From contig NW_021836099.1 in NCBI RefSeq assembly GCF_006345805.1, positions 1 to 25,475 on the forward strand: a stretch of DNA of 25,475 nucleotides. The letters are read 5' to 3'. The translations under genes and the position numbers were made by a program. The notes under the pieces are model-generated. The model made no database searches and was not told where the DNA came from. It saw nothing but the letters and a program-made list of their open reading frames with translations. Below, one piece after another: positions 21,975 through 25,475 of this stretch (position 1 is the first letter of the stretch; each line of letters opens with the position of its first letter). The DNA comes from Octopus sinensis. Lineage: Eukaryota.

Positions 21975-23010
21975 ATATATATTACAGCTGTCACTTCTCC
22001 CATTTAAATGTATGAAATAAGTGGCACCTTTCGTGGTTACATGTACGTCAATTGCTGTCAATTACAAATTACATGTTTCTCCACAGGTCAATTCTCATTA
22101 TTAAATATGTCTGTGTGTTCAAAATTATTCAACCTCTATGTATTGTGCAGCTGCCAGTTTTTCACAGGTATACTTGATATAGTTGTCACTTGTCACCGTT
22201 ATATGCTTCTTACAAGTGTCAACTTCTCGTAGATACATCCATCTACTTCCATCCTTTCGTAGTTACATTTATGTTACAATGGTCGCCTTCTTATAGTTAC
22301 ATATACCACTATAACCTTCTCACAAATGATTTTACAAACACCAACCATTACAAGTGCTATATTTTCTCAATCGCATGTGTAACTTTTACCTTCCACGTCA
22401 CACCTCTAACAGCTACATATCACATGTAACTTATAACTGCCAACTTTTCACAGTTACGTGTTACACTTGTCACCCTCTCACAGTTACGTTTATGTTGCAA
22501 CTGTCACCTTTCCCACTGTTACAGATATAAAGACCTGACACCTCACAGTTACATAATTATCTCGCTGTTAATGTCACCTGCTCCCAATTGCATATTTGCT
22601 ACAAATGTTGCCTCTTGATAATTCCATGCACCTTGTAGTCATCACCTTCACAGTTGGTACGTTCTCACAGTTATATACGTGCTATAGCTCTATAACTCAC
22701 TTTTTACTTTACACTAATATATATGTTACAACAGTTACATTCTCATAGTTGTATGTATCTTACAACTGCCACTATTTTTCAATTACATGTGTGTAGCTCT
22801 AAAGTTCGTACAGTGACATGTATTTTATAGCTGTCATAGTGTCTCTGTCTTATGTACGATATAACTGTCACCTTACAATGACATGTATTTTAAAAATGTC
22901 GCCTTCTTAGCGTCACATTTATCGTACAATTATCACACTCTTACATTTGAAACTATGAGAGAGTAAGAGTTGTAAGATACATGACTGTAAGAGAAATGTA
23001 AAAACTATCC
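21975..23010. repeat. Highly eroded minisatellite, unit about 30-34 bp, approximate consensus TTACAACTGTCACCTTCTCACAGTTACATGTATG
   Basis: For example 22431-22460 TTATAACTGCCAACTTTTCACAGTTACGTG, 22461-22494 TTACACTTGTCACCCTCTCACAGTTACGTTTATG and 22495-22527 TTGCAACTGTCACCTTTCCCACTGTTACAGATA; the motif recurs across about 1 kb. Confidence 0.75.
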
Positions 23011-23999
23011 CTTTATTGGAGTTATGCATAATACACTTTATCATTCTGAGAAAACCACACATTTGGTAATATTGTCCAAGGTACACTATGCTTCAAAAAG
23101 TTGGGATGTTCATGGTTGGAATGCCTTTCTCTATATATCTGATCCAATAGGGCTGACTTGGACTAAACAACAAAGGTTACAAAGCATCTTACTGTTTGAC
23201 TTTCTGCTTGTTGTTCTTGCCTTTTGTAATTTTTAATGAAGAAATCAATTTTGCATTGTTGTTGGTTCTGTGTCATATATTGAATAAATCATACAGCTTA
23301 TTCAGCTTATTGCTATTGTTATACATATATGTCACACAGCTATAGTTCAAATGCATTCACAATATCATTTGTTAATGCTATTCAGTCTACCAGCTGAATT
23401 TATAACGTATTGTTATTCAAACACTTACCAGACTCTCTTCTGTGGCTCACATGTTATCTTCTACGTTATACAACAGACCCCTCTGCTGTTTATTTTATGC
23501 TAAGCTATTATATTTAATCGTATTGTTATTTCTACTGATATATCACAATGCTAAACTTGTAAATTCGTAGCTGTTGTAGAAATATGTTTATTATAATTCT
23601 TAGCAGAATTCTTGCAAAAATAGGTATAGCATATTATTATTATCAGCGTATGGTAATTAATAGTTGACAAGTTATTAATTATAAGTTGAAATAAATTTTG
23701 TCTTTATTGATTCTTCTTAGGGTTCCATCTGTGTCTGTGTGTGACTGTCAGTGTGTCTAAACGTCTGCCATGAATTATAACGTTTTGACATTGGTAGTCA
23801 TGCGTTTTCTGTGTAAGTATGTGGGCAACAATGGTCAAAATACTCGGTATTCATAGAGATTTTGTCGCTTCTACGTTATTACATTTGCTCGTCATTTAAC
23901 AATCACCTGACAAAATACAGTTTAATAGATCTTTACTCTCAACCAACATGTCTATGCTGATGTACTGTGATGTGTTATGACTTAACATATGCAGCATTG

Positions 24000-24420
24000 A
24001 GATTACATTTCGATTTAGCCAGGCTTAATAATTATATCTGATTATATATTTGATGTACTATGATTTACAGTCAATCAATGTAACATTCTGATTCTATTAT
24101 TTATTAGAATCGACAATCTTTATCCGTGTTTTCTGTGATCTATTAGAATAACCTAGTGCTATACTCTCGTTCTATGATCTGTCAGGATCACCTAAATCAA
24201 TAGTACGGTTCTATTATTCATTGGGGTCAGTCAATGCTACGCTGTCGCTGTAATTAATTAGAATCAACTAATGCTATACTGTGGCTATAGTTTGATCAAC
24301 TAAGACTTATTAGAGTCAATCCATAGTATACAGTCTAGTCACAATCTGATTTATAATGATTTATCAGAATCAACCGATACTCCATTGTGAATTGTGCTTA
24401 ACAATTACTGTGATTGGCCT
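24000..24420. repeat. Second eroded minisatellite, unit about 34-37 bp, approximate consensus CTGTGATTTATTAGAATCAACCAATGCTATACT
   Basis: For example 24133-24166 CTGTGATCTATTAGAATAACCTAGTGCTATACTC, 24247-24283 GCTGTAATTAATTAGAATCAACTAATGCTATACTGTG and 24356-24389 ATGATTTATCAGAATCAACCGATACTCCATTGTG. Confidence 0.6.
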
Positions 24421-24859
24421 TTTATCGATCACCGTTTCAAATCAGTGAATATGTTGAGATTGTAATTGAGTGCTGGCTGTCACTTTCCACTTTCGGATCA
24501 GTGTTATTTGGTCGTAAGGAAAATGTAATTGTTAATCGAGGATGGCTTAATAAATAACACTAGGGTTAGATCTACATGTTGAAATTTTGTCATTGTGACC
24601 ACACATTGTTGCCAGTCAATGTAATGTGATTAGCAGATGAGGAATTAAGTGTGATTGTATAATCATCCACTGGATTTGGATTCCAGTGTTACAGAGAAGT
24701 GATTTAAGAATAACTGTAACGTTATTATGATTACTAATCAAGGCAGGATTTATGGTTAGGATCAGTTGAAGTGCCATTGCAATCATGTAACTGCAATTAA
24801 CTTTAGGTGTCTAATTTTGTACCGAATACTTTTTATGTAACGTACGTGGGAATGCAGAG

Positions 24860-24922
24860 ATTGTGTGTGTGTATATGTGTGTATATATGTATATATATAT
24901 CTATATATATATATATATATAG

Positions 24923-24957
<35 letters not shown>

Positions 24958-24974
24958 ATATATATATACATGCA

Positions 24975-25022
<48 letters not shown>

Positions 25023-25130
25023 TATATTACATATATACATATACATACATATATACATATACATACATAACATACATATATACATATACATACATACATA
25101 CATACATATATATATATATATACATGTATG
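24860..25130. repeat. (TG)/(TA)n/(CATA)n compound microsatellite
   Basis: Direct inspection; source of ORFs 24783-25159. Confidence 0.95.
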
Positions 25131-25475
25131 TGCACACGTCTAGACATATTCACATACACAATTTAAATGAATTTTCAACAACAAATGCATTTCTGTGTAT
25201 GTGTTTCTCTCTGTGTGCGTGAGAGAGAGAGACACACAGAGATAGATGGGGAAGAGAGAGGGGGAGAAACAGAAGTGAGTGAGTGAGTGAGTGAGAGATT
25301 CAAAATATTGAATTGATGAATAAGCATGGATAAGCTTATATAAAGTTCCCCATATATTTCTAATTGTTGCATTTGCAACAGGTATGTTAAATCTATTTTT
25401 GTTAGGAGATACGTTATGTTATTTGTTAAACAATTCAATGTGCTGGATCTTTTGATATCGGCGATGTGGACAGCC

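Overview
AT-rich, microsatellite-saturated non-coding animal genomic DNA. It is very probably an octopus: the tRNA-headed SINEs match my recollection of Octopus repeat families. The window has no intact long gene. Almost all ORFs in the supplied track are read-throughs of (TA)n, (CA)n, (TATC)n or (TACA)n tracts, or antisense shadows of decayed elements. Hand translation supports these decayed mobile elements: a Penelope-like retroelement (RT C-terminus plus GIY-YIG, about 1740-2870, +); a CR1/Jockey-type LINE 3' end (about 8740-9170, -); an RTE LINE fragment (about 9830-10705, -); an internally deleted D34D mariner with both TIRs and a TA TSD (13000-13911); and three SINE copies. There is also a stop-riddled unidentified reading frame of about 1.6 kb (-), several low-confidence candidate exons that I cannot join into a gene model, and two old eroded minisatellites. 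The most unusual feature is a 195-bp perfect inverted copy (11663-11857) of the RTE/(CT)n junction 1.2 kb upstream (10275-10469). The copy sits between 7-bp AACCTGA direct repeats, consistent with a recent local templated insertion that would form a long dsRNA stem if transcribed. I cannot support a new multi-gene system from this sequence.
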